A DNA stretch of 64,000 nucleotides from Oxalobacteraceae bacterium. GTDB taxonomy: Bacteria > Pseudomonadota > Gammaproteobacteria > Burkholderiales > Burkholderiaceae_D. Of the stretch, positions 1 through 10,702 are shown in pieces. Made by a program: the position numbers and the translations under genes. Each line of letters starts with the position of its first letter. The first letter of the stretch is position 1. The notes beneath the pieces are model-generated. The model worked only from the letters and a program-made list of their open reading frames with translations, was not told where the DNA came from and did not search any database. The stretch covers positions 6,233-70,232 of the forward strand of contig JAIXYM010000038.1 of NCBI GenBank assembly GCA_027490255.1, given 5' to 3'.

Positions 1-581
1 AGGGTTTCGTAGGCAACCTCTTGTCCATTCACCGTCAAGCGCTTGTTTTTATAGATAATTTTGTCATCCGGCACGCCGACCACCCGCTTGATGTAGTCGA
101 GGGACACATCCTTGGGGAATTTGAACACCATCACATCGCCGCGCGACGGCGTATTGATATCAATAATCTTTTTGTTAATAACTGGTAAACGAATGCCATA
201 GGTGAACTTGTTTACCAGAATCAGATCGCCGATGACCAGGGTCGGCACCATAGAGCTGGATGGAATCTTGAAGGGCTCAAACAGAAATGAGCGAAACAGG
301 AATACTGCCGCAATCACCGGGAAGAAACTTCCGGTATAGGCAACCCAGCCCGGCTGACGTTCCAGCTGAGCCACCAACTCGGCACGCGCTGCGGTGTCAG
401 GTTTGACACCTGTCTCGGCCAATCGCGCTTGGCGAGCGTCGAATTCAGCCAATGCCGCTTGCGCTGCCTTCTGGCGGGCGGGCGCAAGGCGGAAGCGATC
501 CAGCGCCCAGATCACACCGGTCAGGATGGTCAGCAGGAAGAGAATCAGTGCAAAGTTGCCCAGTATCGATTGCAATGTCAT
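1..581 (-). CDS. lepB: Signal peptidase I (partial; 3' end lies outside the window)
   Basis: Minus-strand frame starts with ATG at 581 (MTLQSILGNFALILFLLTILTG...). It contains the RSFLFEPFKIPSSSMVPTL catalytic Ser motif and GDVMVF...YIKRVVG, and directly abuts the lepA stop. Read manually; not in the ORF track. Confidence 0.95.
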   Translation of the reverse strand, partial: MTLQSILGNFALILFLLTILTGVIWALDRFRLAPARQKAAQAALAEFDARQARLAETGVKPDTAARAELVAQLERQPGWVAYTGSFFPVIAAVFLFRSFLFEPFKIPSSSMVPTLVIGDLILVNKFTYGIRLPVINKKIIDINTPSRGDVMVFKFPKDVSLDYIKRVVGVPDDKIIYKNKRLTVNGQEVAYET

Positions 582-2375
582 TTATTTTTCATCCACCTGA
601 AGGATTGCAAGGAAAGCTTCTTGCGGTATCTCTACCGAACCGACCTGCTTCATCCGCTTTTTGCCAGCTTTTTGTTTTTCCAGCAGTTTTCGCTTACGCG
701 AAATGTCACCGCCGTAGCACTTGGCAAGCACATTTTTTCTCAGCGCTTTGACGTTTTCTCGCGAAATGATGTTGGATCCGATGGCCGCCTGAATCGCCAC
801 ATCAAACATTTGGCGTGGAATCAGTTCACGCATTTTTGCTGCTACTGCCCTGCCTCGGTACTGACTGTTGGAGCGATGCACAATGATGGCCAGCGCATCG
901 ACTTTTTCGGCGTTGATCAGCATGTCGACTTTGACGACATCGGAAGATCGGTATTCCTTGAATTCATAATCCATCGATGCATAACCGCGCGAAATCGATT
1001 TCAGTCGATCAAAGAAATCAAGCACGACCTCAGCCATCGGAATCTCATAGGTGAGCTGCACTTGCTTACCGTGGTAGGTCATGTTGATCTGAATGCCACG
1101 TTTTTGCGTGCAAAGCGTAATCACCGCGCCCACATATTCCTGGGGCATGTAGAGATTGACGGTCACAATGGGCTCGCGGACTTCTTCAATCTTCGACGGA
1201 TCCGGCATCTTTGATGGATTGTCGACCATGATGGTGGAACCATCACGCATGACCACTTCATAGATCACCGTCGGCGCTGTGGTGATCAGGTCCATATTGA
1301 ATTCGCGCTCGAGACGTTCCTGCACGATCTCCATGTGCAACAGACCCAGAAATCCACAACGAAAACCAAAACCTAAGGCCTGCGATACCTCAGGCTCGTA
1401 CATCAATGCAGCATCGTTGAGTTTGAGTTTTTCGAGCGAGTCACGCAGAGCATCGTACTGATTCGACTCTACTGGAAACAAGCCAGCAAACACTTGCGGC
1501 TGAATCTCTTTAAAACCGGGCAGCGGCTCAGTTGCTGGCCGCGACACCAGCGAAATCGTGTCACCCACCTTGGCTGATTTGAGTTCTTTGATACCAGCAA
1601 TGATGAAACCCACCTGCCCTGCTGACAGGCTGTCACGCGATAGGGACTTGGGTGTGAACACGCCCACGCTCTCCACCAGATGCTGCGCACCCGTGGCCAT
1701 GAGCAGTATTTTTTCTTTCGGACGCAAGGTGCCATTGATCACACGTACCAGCATGACCACACCCACATAATTGTCGAACCAAGAATCAACGATCAGCGCT
1801 TGCAAGGGCGCATCGGGGTCACCCTTGGGTGGCGGCACGCGCTTGATCAACGATTCCAATACATCCTGAACACCCAGACCGGTTTTTGCAGAGCAGTGCA
1901 CCGCATCGCTGGCTTCAATACCAATGACTTCTTCAATCTCTGAAATTGCGTTATCAGGATCTGCCGAGGGCAAATCAATTTTGTTCAGTACCGGTACTAC
2001 TTCCACACCGAGATCCAGCGCGGTGTAGCAGTTCGCTACGGTTTGTGCCTCAACGCCTTGAGAAGCATCAACCACTAACAATGCGCCTTCGCACGCAGAG
2101 AGTGAACGACTGACTTCGTAACTGAAGTCCACATGCCCAGGGGTATCGATCAGGTTGAGGTTGTACACCTGACCATCCAGCGCCTTGTAGGTCAGGGCCG
2201 CCGTTTGCGCCTTGATCGTGATGCCACGCTCGCGCTCGAGATCCATGGAATCGAGCACTTGGGCTTCCATCTCGCGATCAGACAAACCACCGCAGAGTTG
2301 GATGATCCGGTCAGCGAGCGTAGATTTGCCGTGATCGATATGGGCAATAATTGAAAAATTTCTAATGTTTTGCAT
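582..2375 (-). CDS. lepA: Elongation factor 4 (LepA GTPase)
   Basis: [28 protein letters not shown] and C-terminal [23 protein letters not shown]; 597 aa. Confidence 0.98.
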   Translation of the reverse strand: MQNIRNFSIIAHIDHGKSTLADRIIQLCGGLSDREMEAQVLDSMDLERERGITIKAQTAALTYKALDGQVYNLNLIDTPGHVDFSYEVSRSLSACEGALLVVDASQGVEAQTVANCYTALDLGVEVVPVLNKIDLPSADPDNAISEIEEVIGIEASDAVHCSAKTGLGVQDVLESLIKRVPPPKGDPDAPLQALIVDSWFDNYVGVVMLVRVINGTLRPKEKILLMATGAQHLVESVGVFTPKSLSRDSLSAGQVGFIIAGIKELKSAKVGDTISLVSRPATEPLPGFKEIQPQVFAGLFPVESNQYDALRDSLEKLKLNDAALMYEPEVSQALGFGFRCGFLGLLHMEIVQERLEREFNMDLITTAPTVIYEVVMRDGSTIMVDNPSKMPDPSKIEEVREPIVTVNLYMPQEYVGAVITLCTQKRGIQINMTYHGKQVQLTYEIPMAEVVLDFFDRLKSISRGYASMDYEFKEYRSSDVVKVDMLINAEKVDALAIIVHRSNSQYRGRAVAAKMRELIPRQMFDVAIQAAIGSNIISRENVKALRKNVLAKCYGGDISRKRKLLEKQKAGKKRMKQVGSVEIPQEAFLAILQVDEK

Positions 2376-2390
2376 GCTTGCCGCAGGTAC

Positions 2391-2434
2391 AAAAAAAGCG
2401 CTCTGAACGGGGCGGATTCCCCAGTGAGCGCTTT
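2391..2434 (-). promoter_or_regulatory. Terminator-like hairpin in the lepA 5' region
   Basis: AAAGCGCTC (2395-2403) / GAGCGCTTT (2426-2434) inverted repeat with an inner GGGG/CCCC pairing, followed by a T-run on the minus strand; lies downstream of a TAAAAT -10-like hexamer (2460-2465). Confidence 0.4.
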
Positions 2435-2491
2435 GTTTTGAAAGCTTTCCAGACCGCGCATTTTACCGGATTTGCGCCCCGTCAGCCTGTC

Positions 2492-2755
2492 TTAGCTAGC
2501 TTGAGCGGCAACGAAAGCCCGGACGTTGTTTTCATTCAGGAAATAATTACACAATTGCCGCGGCGCATGGCCCTCCTCCACCCCCATGAGGACCGGCACC
2601 AACTCGTCATAACGCTCGACCAACTCGGCATGCAGGTCGACGTCGATGACCTCGATGGGCAGCGCATCGCCGCACAAGGCACGCAGCGCCGTGATCATAT
2701 CGTCGCAGAGATGGCAGTAGCTGCGGGAATAAAGAATAAAACGCTTGTGAGTCAT
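2492..2755 (-). CDS. Glutaredoxin-like (thioredoxin-fold, DUF836-type) protein
   Basis: LYSRSYCHLCDDM CxxC motif and DVDLHAELVERYDELVPVL; ATG at 2755 preferred over TTG at 2764. Confidence 0.85.
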   Translation of the reverse strand: MTHKRFILYSRSYCHLCDDMITALRALCGDALPIEVIDVDLHAELVERYDELVPVLMGVEEGHAPRQLCNYFLNENNVRAFVAAQAS

Positions 2756-2772
2756 CAACCGCAAACCGGAAA

Positions 2773-2806
2773 TAAATAAAAAAAGGCCACGATCTTCATC
2801 GTGGCC
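2773..2806 (-). terminator. Intrinsic terminator after degQ
   Basis: GGCCACGAT-N4-ATCGTGGCC 9-bp stem followed by a T-run on the minus strand. Confidence 0.8.
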
Positions 2807-2821
2807 CCGATAGCTGCAACA

Positions 2822-4306
2822 TCAAGGCTGGGGTGTGGGTCGCAACGGTACAAACTGCGATGACTCGCCCCGACGAACGAGCAACAAGGCATTTTTCTTT
2901 GGATCCAGCTTGGCAACCAGTGCATTGAACTGGCGGGCATCCTTGATGTCGGTGTTGTTAAGACGAACGATGACATCACCGGGTTGCAATCCGGCACGAC
3001 CCGCCACGCCATCGGCGAGTTCGACAACAACGCCGCTATCCATGCGCATTTCACGTTTTTGTGCTTCGGTCAGGTCAGCCACGGCAAGACCGAGCGCATT
3101 GAGCGCCTGCTCCTGCTTGGGCTTTTTCTCTTCCTTCTTCGCGGTCTGGTCTGCCTCCATTTCAGCGACAGTCACTGGCAGATCCCGTTTGGTGCCCTTG
3201 CGAAGCACGGTCACTGTGGAGTTGGCACCGGGTTTGGTATTGCCGACCAGTCGCGGCAAATCGCCTGACTTATCGATAGTGGCACCGTTAAAGTGGGTGA
3301 TGATGTCACCGGCTTCCACACCCGCCTTTTCAGCGGGACTACCCGGCTCGACACGGGCGACGAGAGCGCCCTGCGCACGCGGCAGGCCGAGCGATTCAGC
3401 CACTTCCTTGGTCACTTCACCAATTTGCACACCGATACGACCACGAACGACGCGCCCTAATGATTTGAGCTGCTGCGAAACGCGCATGGCTTCATCAATA
3501 GGCACAGCGAAGGAAATACCCATGTAACCGCCGGAGCGGCTGTAGATCTGTGAGTTGATACCGATGACTTCGCCACGCATGTTGATGAGCGGACCACCGG
3601 AGTTACCGGGGTTGACGGCCACGTCCGTCTGAATCAGCGGCAGGTAGTCACCTGTATCACGCGAATTAGCCGAGATGATTCCGGCGGTGACTGTGTTTTC
3701 GAGGCCAAACGGCGAACCGATGGCAATCACCCACTCGCCTACGCGCAGCTTGCTGGAATCACCGATGGTGAGTCGAGGCAAGTTGCTGCCTTCGATTTTG
3801 ACCAAGGCCACATCCGTGCGGCGATCTGAGCCGATGATCTTGGCCTTGAACTCACGTTTGTCTGTGAGCGTCACGAAAACCTCATCAGCGCCTTCGACTA
3901 CATGGGCGTTGGTCAGCACGAAACCATCAGCGGAAATGATGAAACCAGATCCAACACCCCGTGGGACCTGCTGCTCTTCTTGCTGTGGCGAAGGGCGGCG
4001 ACCACGAGGCGCAGGGCCCTGCCGTGGCGGCACGGGCTGACCGAAGAAGCGACGGAAAAATTCCTGCATCTCCTCTTCCTCGGGAGTGCCCTGGACGCCG
4101 GGCTGCATGGATTTGGATTTTTCAGTGGTGCGGATGTTCACAACCGCGGGTCCAACTTTATCGACCAGATCCGTAAAGTCAGGCAATACAGCGGCTGCGG
4201 CAATGCCTGGTGCCAGCAAGCCAAGACTAGCTGGCACGAACAAAGCGGCGGCCGCGGCAAAAATGGCGGCTGAAAAACTGCGATTTACCTTGATCATGAT
4301 TTTCAT
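2822..4306 (-). CDS. degQ: DegQ/DegP/MucD-family periplasmic serine protease with two PDZ domains
   Basis: Signal peptide, GSGFIIS..G.VLTNAHVV, DVALVKI, QTDVAVNPGNSGGPL; last gene of the sigmaE operon. Confidence 0.92.
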   Translation of the reverse strand: MKIMIKVNRSFSAAIFAAAAALFVPASLGLLAPGIAAAAVLPDFTDLVDKVGPAVVNIRTTEKSKSMQPGVQGTPEEEEMQEFFRRFFGQPVPPRQGPAPRGRRPSPQQEEQQVPRGVGSGFIISADGFVLTNAHVVEGADEVFVTLTDKREFKAKIIGSDRRTDVALVKIEGSNLPRLTIGDSSKLRVGEWVIAIGSPFGLENTVTAGIISANSRDTGDYLPLIQTDVAVNPGNSGGPLINMRGEVIGINSQIYSRSGGYMGISFAVPIDEAMRVSQQLKSLGRVVRGRIGVQIGEVTKEVAESLGLPRAQGALVARVEPGSPAEKAGVEAGDIITHFNGATIDKSGDLPRLVGNTKPGANSTVTVLRKGTKRDLPVTVAEMEADQTAKKEEKKPKQEQALNALGLAVADLTEAQKREMRMDSGVVVELADGVAGRAGLQPGDVIVRLNNTDIKDARQFNALVAKLDPKKNALLLVRRGESSQFVPLRPTPQP

Positions 4307-4312
4307 GGGAAC

Positions 4313-5311
4313 TTAGTTAGGGCCGGAGGCGGCAAATTCAAGCGATTCGGCAACTTGCCGGATGGTCACCAATGGAACTTCGCCGACAATGGTAAGCCAA
4401 AATTTACCGTGCCGCTTGCCCAGCATATTTAGCGAGCCTTGCTGTACCGGAAGGCTCTCGTGCCGTGGCGACCAGGCTTCGATAAAGACGGAAATGCCGG
4501 CCAAACCATCGGAAAACACCAGCTGAACGACCTCGCGAGGCTCACCGGCGTTTTCCGGGCGTCCCATTACGCGCTTGACCGCTCGGACGGGCTTGAAGCC
4601 TCCGGGCAACCAGCCCGCTTTCCAGCCGGACGGCTCCTTTTCGGCGGCCGATGAATTTTCAGTACGCCAGCCGCGGGTATTGGCATGACTGGTTTTGACC
4701 TGCGACGGCCGAACCTTGCCAATGGAAAGTTGAGTAAATGCAATCTGCTCGATAATCTCGCCCTTCTCACTCAGGGTCTGCGCGCGCAAAAGCAAACCTG
4801 ATGCGCGGTCGGACCAAAAACGATAGCCGTAACGCAATCCATCGCGCGGCTCGAGGGCAAAACCCAGTACATCGCGCCCTGCAACACGATCCATCCCAAG
4901 CTGACGCGCTGTGTAGTACCTGAGAATTTCGCGCGGATTGGTAAAACTGATGTCGGGAAAACTCCGCTCACTACCGCGATGCTCAACAACGATACGTCGC
5001 TCCGCGGGAAAATAGTGAATGATTTCTTCACCATTGCGAACGTATTCCTGCGACTGACCATCAAGGACTTCCAGCTTTTCGATGACGGATTTCGTGGTGC
5101 GCATGCGGGTGATGCGCGAAGTTCTTACCTGTGAGCCCTGCTGATAAACGAAGGTCCCGGAATACTCCAGCTTCTGTACCGCGCTCTGCGAATGGTAGAG
5201 CCGATCCAGCGGGTCTGAGATCGGCGACTCGGCTGCCTTCGCGCTGAAAGCCAAGGAAGCGACACACGCAAATAACAACAGCGCATTGCGCAGCGTAGCT
5301 GGTCCGCGCAT
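4313..5311 (-). CDS. rseB: Sigma-E regulatory protein RseB/MucB
   Basis: Signal peptide, YSGTFVYQQG, EKLEVLDG, YGYRFWSD..SGLLLRAQ, LVFSDGLAGISVFIE; follows rseA. Confidence 0.92.
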   Translation of the reverse strand: MRGPATLRNALLLFACVASLAFSAKAAESPISDPLDRLYHSQSAVQKLEYSGTFVYQQGSQVRTSRITRMRTTKSVIEKLEVLDGQSQEYVRNGEEIIHYFPAERRIVVEHRGSERSFPDISFTNPREILRYYTARQLGMDRVAGRDVLGFALEPRDGLRYGYRFWSDRASGLLLRAQTLSEKGEIIEQIAFTQLSIGKVRPSQVKTSHANTRGWRTENSSAAEKEPSGWKAGWLPGGFKPVRAVKRVMGRPENAGEPREVVQLVFSDGLAGISVFIEAWSPRHESLPVQQGSLNMLGKRHGKFWLTIVGEVPLVTIRQVAESLEFAASGPN

Positions 5312-5315
5312 GGCG

Positions 5316-5864
5316 TCAGTGATCAGAGTCAGTTTTCAGATTGACCGGTCGGGCCAGTTGCGCCGCACCGTATAACGAAGGATACGAGCCGTGGTGAATG
5401 CGGATGTAATCATTCAACGCATAGGTATCGTCAACAGATGCGGGGAAATCCGTTTTCGCAATAACCGAGCCTTGCGAGACAGACTCTGCTGCAGTGATGA
5501 CTGTGCTGTCGGTCGCATCGTTGCGCATGAATTGTGGTGCGATTACAAATCCGGTCAATGCAGCAGCCATGGCTGCCGCCGCAACGGGCCACGCAGGACG
5601 CAAGCGATCGATCAGACGCGGCTTGGGTGCCAGCAGTGGTGGCTCAGCTGCCAAGCGCGCTGCGAGACTTTCGGTAAATCGGGGGCTCATGGGTGCAGCC
5701 ATCGTCTCCGAGCGAAGCACATCACCGATCTGGTGATAGATGTCCCAGTCCGATGCGTGCTCTGCGGCGCGAAGCGCAGCCATCACCACCGGTACCTCGT
5801 CCTTGGGCAGTTCGCCATCGGCGAATGCCGATATCTGTTGCTTGCTTAATTCACCCCTGCCCAT
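5316..5864 (-). CDS. rseA: Anti-sigma-E factor RseA/MucA
   Basis: ISAFADGEL...W..YHQIGDVLRS motif and one TM helix; ATG at 5864 has a GGGAG SD (the ORF-track start 5921 is probably too long). Confidence 0.9.
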   Translation of the reverse strand: MGRGELSKQQISAFADGELPKDEVPVVMAALRAAEHASDWDIYHQIGDVLRSETMAAPMSPRFTESLAARLAAEPPLLAPKPRLIDRLRPAWPVAAAAMAAALTGFVIAPQFMRNDATDSTVITAAESVSQGSVIAKTDFPASVDDTYALNDYIRIHHGSYPSLYGAAQLARPVNLKTDSDH

Positions 5865-5914
5865 GATGCTCCCTGCCTTAGTAATCCAGTTATTCAATGC
5901 TGCTTCTTGATGAC

Positions 5915-6517
5915 TCACCAACGCTTGTCGAGGGCAGTGTCCAACAATGGCCTGAGTTTATCGGCAATTGATTCCCGCGCGCGGAAAATACGACTGCGTA
6001 CCGTGCCTATCGGACAACCCATGACAACAGCGATCTCATCGTAGCTCAGACCTTCGATTTCTCTCAAGGTAATGGCTATTCTGAGTTCTTCGGGCAACGC
6101 TTCCATCGCAATGTTGACCGTTTCAGCAATTTGTTTGGTCGCCAACATGGATTCGGGAGTATTGATATCTCTTAGATGCTCTCCGTCATCAAAAGTTTCC
6201 GCCTCTTCAGCATCCGCCTCGGTTGACGTAGGTGCACGCCTACCTTGGGTGACTAGATAATTTTTAGCAGTATTGATCCCGATCCGATAAAGCCAGGTAT
6301 AGAAAGCCGAATCGCCCCGAAACTGCGGAAGGGCACGATAGGCTTTGATGAATGCTTCCTGGACAACATCCTCGGCTTCTGCCTGATCGCGCACGAGCCG
6401 CGAGACAAGACGCATGAGCTTCCGTTGATACTTGGATACCAGAAGCTCAAACGCCTTTTTGTCGCCACGCTGGACGCGATCAACCAGAAGCTGATCAATG
6501 TCGCGTTCTGTTGTCAA
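5915..6517 (-). CDS. rpoE: RNA polymerase sigma factor RpoE
   Basis: DQLLVDRVQRGDKKAFELLVSKYQ, AFYTWLYRIGINTAKNYL, CPIGTVRSRIFRARE; TTG start. Confidence 0.97.
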   Translation of the reverse strand: MTTERDIDQLLVDRVQRGDKKAFELLVSKYQRKLMRLVSRLVRDQAEAEDVVQEAFIKAYRALPQFRGDSAFYTWLYRIGINTAKNYLVTQGRRAPTSTEADAEEAETFDDGEHLRDINTPESMLATKQIAETVNIAMEALPEELRIAITLREIEGLSYDEIAVVMGCPIGTVRSRIFRARESIADKLRPLLDTALDKRW

Positions 6518-6750
6518 TGCCTCATTCCTCTTGCCGATGCCAGAGACGCTACGCTATGGAATCTTGGAAAACTCCATGCATACAACAACATCGTCTGGCG
6601 CGCATCGCTCAGCACTGATGAGATACGGCTCAATGCCGTAGATAGTCCAAACGTCACAGACTATGCTTATCTCCGCAGACGCTTTTTCCTCTTCCTGCGA
6701 AACGCAGCGTCTTGACTACCCGAGCGCTGACTGAGCGAAATCAAAAAAGT

Positions 6751-7284
6751 TCAATCGAACCGAGATTCGCTAAAGGAGGATACTGATGCGGGGCGCGTAT
6801 TCTGCGCCGCTATCCATTGACATGCAACGCATACTGAACGGAAAGCGGCAGGCGTCATGCTGTCGCGCAGTATGGGCAAGACAATGATTTTTCCTGAAGC
6901 TTTACGAAGACGAAGTATTAGCATGCACGACCACAGCGTCGAATCCCTGAGCAATTGAACAACCTCGCCTTCTTCACTACTCACGACGTTGTGACTTCTG
7001 TCGCGCATGAAGGCGTTAGCGCTAGTGTGGGTCAATCGGATCTGCCCGGTTGCAGTTATATCAATGCGAAGGGGTTTTACACGTGTGCGACAGGACAAGA
7101 CCAGCAAACAACCGGCAAAAGCACAAACAAGCATGGCCAGCCAATAGAGAGGATCCGGCGTCTGTACGCGTACCATCATGGCGAACTGCCATGCGGTGAG
7201 CCATAAGACGCAAGACATCGCGAGTTTGAGCGCACACAAGATGCGTGAAGACCTCACCTCGGCCGAGGTGCCGATCGACATCAC
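6751..7284 (-). CDS. Inner-membrane protein, YgfX-like
   Basis: Two N-terminal hydrophobic helices and a C-terminal L.ILRDSM....FR.V.VA..W motif recognised as YgfX-like. Confidence 0.55.
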   Translation of the reverse strand: MMSIGTSAEVRSSRILCALKLAMSCVLWLTAWQFAMMVRVQTPDPLYWLAMLVCAFAGCLLVLSCRTRVKPLRIDITATGQIRLTHTSANAFMRDRSHNVVSSEEGEVVQLLRDSTLWSCMLILRLRKASGKIIVLPILRDSMTPAAFRSVCVACQWIAAQNTRPASVSSFSESRFD

Positions 7285-7344
7285 AAATCAACTTGGAGAA
7301 AGGAGCGCATCGCCGTCATCAGCAATGAGGCGATGCGCGATGAA

Positions 7345-8592
7345 TCAGGCTTTGGCGAAGATCAGACTGCCATTGGTACCGCCAAAGCCGAATGAGTTTT
7401 TCAAAGCGACATTGATCGGCATTTCGCGCGCGGCATTCGCGCAGTAATCGAGATCGCAAGCAGGATCTTGATTAAAGATGTTGATCGTTGGAGGGGAAAT
7501 TTGGTTATGCACCGCCAATACGGTGAACACAGACTCCAAACCACCAGCACCACCGAGCAAATGCCCGGTCATGGATTTGGTGGAATTGACGACGACCTTG
7601 GAAGCAGCATCACCCAGTGCGCGTTTGATCGCGACGGTCTCTGCGACATCACCGAGTGGTGTTGAAGTGCCGTGCGCATTCACGTAGTTGATTTGGTCGG
7701 CATTGACGCCGGCGTTACGCATGGCAGAAATCATGCAGCGACGAGCACCATCGCCATCGTCCAGCGGCGCGGTCATGTGATGCGCATCGGCACTCATGCC
7801 AAAACCGAGCAACTCGGCGTAAATTTTTGCGCCGCGAGCTTTTGCGTGTTCATACTCTTCAAGCACCATCACGCCAGCACCTTCGCCGAGTACGAAACCG
7901 TCACGTTCAGTATCCCAGGGGCGCGATGCGGTTGCGGGGTCATCATTGCGGGAAGATAGCGCGCGCGCAGCAGCAAAGCCACCCAACCCGAGCGGCGATA
8001 CCGTGGATTCGGCACCACCGGCGATCATCACGTCGGCATCACCGTATTCAATGAGACGCCCTGCTTCGCCTATGCAATGCAAACCTGTCGTGCAGGCAGT
8101 GACGATCGCCAGATTCGGGCCTTTGAGGCCGTATTTGATCGACAGATGCCCAGAGATCATGTTGATGATCGAGGCGGGAACGAAGAAAGGACTGATGCGG
8201 CGCGGACCACGGCCGGTCAGCTCGGCGTGGGTTTGCTCGATCATTGGCAAGCCGCCAATACCGGAACCGACGAGAACACCGATGCGCTCTGCATTGATCT
8301 CTGTTACCTCGAGGCCGCTATCCTGCATTGCCTGCATGCCGGCGGCCATGCCGTAATGAATGAAGGTATCCATGTGACGGGCTTCTTTACCGGGGATGTA
8401 ATCCTCGATATTGAATCCCTTGACCTCACCCGCAAAATGCGTGGAGAAGGCGGAGGCATCAAACTTAGTGATGGTCGCGATGCCGGACTTTCCGGCGAGA
8501 AGCGCGTCCCATGAGGCAGCAACCGTGTTACCAACAGGTGAGATACAACCCAGACCTGTGACAACAACCCGGCGACGATTCGGACGAGTCAA
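7345..8592 (-). CDS. fabF: 3-oxoacyl-ACP synthase II
   Basis: [15 protein letters not shown] active-site Cys, [20 protein letters not shown]. Confidence 0.97.
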   Translation of the reverse strand: MTRPNRRRVVVTGLGCISPVGNTVAASWDALLAGKSGIATITKFDASAFSTHFAGEVKGFNIEDYIPGKEARHMDTFIHYGMAAGMQAMQDSGLEVTEINAERIGVLVGSGIGGLPMIEQTHAELTGRGPRRISPFFVPASIINMISGHLSIKYGLKGPNLAIVTACTTGLHCIGEAGRLIEYGDADVMIAGGAESTVSPLGLGGFAAARALSSRNDDPATASRPWDTERDGFVLGEGAGVMVLEEYEHAKARGAKIYAELLGFGMSADAHHMTAPLDDGDGARRCMISAMRNAGVNADQINYVNAHGTSTPLGDVAETVAIKRALGDAASKVVVNSTKSMTGHLLGGAGGLESVFTVLAVHNQISPPTINIFNQDPACDLDYCANAAREMPINVALKNSFGFGGTNGSLIFAKA

Positions 8593-8626
8593 ACAATACT
8601 CCTGAAAACAATCAGAAACAGGTCAA

Positions 8627-8866
8627 TCAGGCTTTTACGTTGGCCTTCGCGTAATCAATCGCCTGCTGAACAGTCGTGATCTTCTCGGCTTGCTCATCAG
8701 GGATCTCCATCTCGAACTCATCTTCGAGTGCCATCACAAGCTCTACGGTATCGAGCGAGTCTGCACCGAGATCGTCAACGAACGAAGATTCATTTTTGAT
8801 GTCGGCTTCTGCAACACCAAGTTGCTCAGCAACTATTTTTTTTACACGTGCATCGATGTCAGACAT
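8627..8866 (-). CDS. acpP: Acyl carrier protein
   Basis: [20 protein letters not shown] phosphopantetheine site. Confidence 0.98.
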   Translation of the reverse strand: MSDIDARVKKIVAEQLGVAEADIKNESSFVDDLGADSLDTVELVMALEDEFEMEIPDEQAEKITTVQQAIDYAKANVKA

Positions 8867-8993
8867 CTTGGTCCTCCAGGGGGTGGGTTACACAAAGTGC
8901 GCGCATTTTATCAGGTTTGCGCGTCACAAATTAAGTTTTAGATTTTGCTTTTACTAACACTATTCGTCATTAAAAATGAGGCTGCGACCCGTT

Positions 8994-9761
8994 TTAGCCG
9001 CCACTCATGTACATACCGCCGTTTACATGCAGGGTAGTGCCCGTAATATAGGCTGCCTCATTTGATGCAAGAAAAGCCACAGCAGCAGCAATATCCTCAG
9101 GCAAACCGAAGCGCCCGGCCGGTATTTGCTGGAGCAGAGCCGCTACTTGCTGCTCAGTTAACGTTCGTGTCATATCCGTATCAATAAAGCCCGGCGCCAC
9201 GCAATTGACGGTGATATTGCGGCTACCCACTTCGCGCGCCAGAGCGCGACTCATGCCAGCGACGCCGGCTTTTGCGGCAGCATAATTCATTTGGCCTGGG
9301 TTACCGGCCGAACCGACGACGGAGGTGATGTTAATGATGCGACCGTGCTTGGCTTTCATCATGCCACGCAAGACGGCGCGCGATAGACGCCCGACGGCTG
9401 TCAGGTTCGTTGAAATCACGGTATCCCACTCGGCATCTTTCATGCGCATGGCGAGTTGGTCCTGCGTGACCCCCGCATTATTGACCAGTATGCTGATGCC
9501 ACCCTGATCCTTGCCCAAGGTATCAACAAGCTGCATTGCGGCTTCGGCGTCATTGACGTCAAGAACCACCCCATGACCCGCCTCGGGTCGAATGGCTTTC
9601 AGATAATCCGAAATAGCGGCCGCACCCGAAGCCGAGGTTGCGGTACCAACCACGGTCGCACCGCGTTGAGCGAGCTCCATCGCAATCGCGCGACCAATAC
9701 CGCGCGATGCGCCAGTCACCAGCGCCACTTGTTTCTCGAGTGATGGTTGGGTCATCGTCAT
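8994..9761 (-). CDS. fabG: 3-oxoacyl-ACP reductase
   Basis: VTGASRGIG, NNAGVT.D, NYAAAKAG (YxxxK). Confidence 0.97.
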   Translation of the reverse strand: MTMTQPSLEKQVALVTGASRGIGRAIAMELAQRGATVVGTATSASGAAAISDYLKAIRPEAGHGVVLDVNDAEAAMQLVDTLGKDQGGISILVNNAGVTQDQLAMRMKDAEWDTVISTNLTAVGRLSRAVLRGMMKAKHGRIINITSVVGSAGNPGQMNYAAAKAGVAGMSRALAREVGSRNITVNCVAPGFIDTDMTRTLTEQQVAALLQQIPAGRFGLPEDIAAAVAFLASNEAAYITGTTLHVNGGMYMSGG

Positions 9762-10690
9762 TTAGTCGCCTCCAGAAGTGCATCCATGGATGCCTGATCG
9801 ATGATGGCATCCGCTGTCAATGTGCCATCGATACGTTTTACAAGGCCGGTCAGTACTTTGCCCGGCCCACATTCGATCAATTGCGTGATACCCAGCCCAG
9901 CCATTTTTTGCACGCTTTCCACCCAACGTACGGGACTGGCTGCTTGACGCACCAGTGCATCACGGATGGCCGAGGGATCGTCAACGATGGCGACATCGAC
10001 GTTATTGATCAGTTGAATTTGCGGTGCTGAAAAATCGACACCCGCCAGATAATCGCGCAGACGATCCGATGCCGGTTTGAGTAGCGACGAATGAAAAGGT
10101 GCGGAAACGGGCAAAGATAAAGCACGCTTGGCACCTTTGGCTTTGGCCGCTTCACAAGCACGTTCAACTGCGGCCTTGTGTCCGGCGATAACGACCTGGG
10201 CTGGCGCGTTGAAATTGACAGGCTCGACAACCTCGCCCTGGGCGGCTTCAGCGCAGGCGGCTCGCACGTCGTCGTCAGACAGACCAAGAATCGCTGCCAT
10301 TCCGCCCTGACCCACCGGGACAGCTTCCTGCATCGCCTGTGCCCGGAAGCGAACCATGGGCACCACATCCTTGAATTGAATAACACCGGCTGCCACCAGC
10401 GCGGAATACTCACCGAGGCTATGGCCAGCCACCAATTGGGGCAGCTTGCCGCCGGCTGCCAGCCAGGCACGGTAAAAAGCGACCGCACAGGCGAGCATGA
10501 CCGGTTGCGTATTGGTGGTGAGGTCCAGCGCTTCTTTAGGGCCTTCAGCGATCAGTTTTGCCAGATCAAACTGCAAGGCATCAGACGCTTCAGCGATGGT
10601 GTCTCGGACTGCTGCGTTATCGGCAAAACCGTTAAGCATGCCGATGGCTTGCGAGCCCTGACCGGGAAATACGAAAGCAAATGAAGTCAT
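9758..10690 (-). CDS. fabD: Malonyl-CoA:ACP transacylase
   Basis: FVFPGQGSQ, AGHSLGEYSAL, VSAPFHS. Confidence 0.97.
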   Translation of the reverse strand: MTSFAFVFPGQGSQAIGMLNGFADNAAVRDTIAEASDALQFDLAKLIAEGPKEALDLTTNTQPVMLACAVAFYRAWLAAGGKLPQLVAGHSLGEYSALVAAGVIQFKDVVPMVRFRAQAMQEAVPVGQGGMAAILGLSDDDVRAACAEAAQGEVVEPVNFNAPAQVVIAGHKAAVERACEAAKAKGAKRALSLPVSAPFHSSLLKPASDRLRDYLAGVDFSAPQIQLINNVDVAIVDDPSAIRDALVRQAASPVRWVESVQKMAGLGITQLIECGPGKVLTGLVKRIDGTLTADAIIDQASMDALLEATK

Positions 10691-10702
10691 GATAGAAAAA
10701 TG

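Noticed and set aside
6751-7284. YgfX-like gene as a toxin-antitoxin module
   Set aside because: No sdhE/ygfY partner is adjacent, and the family assignment is only by eye; it is most likely an ordinary membrane protein.
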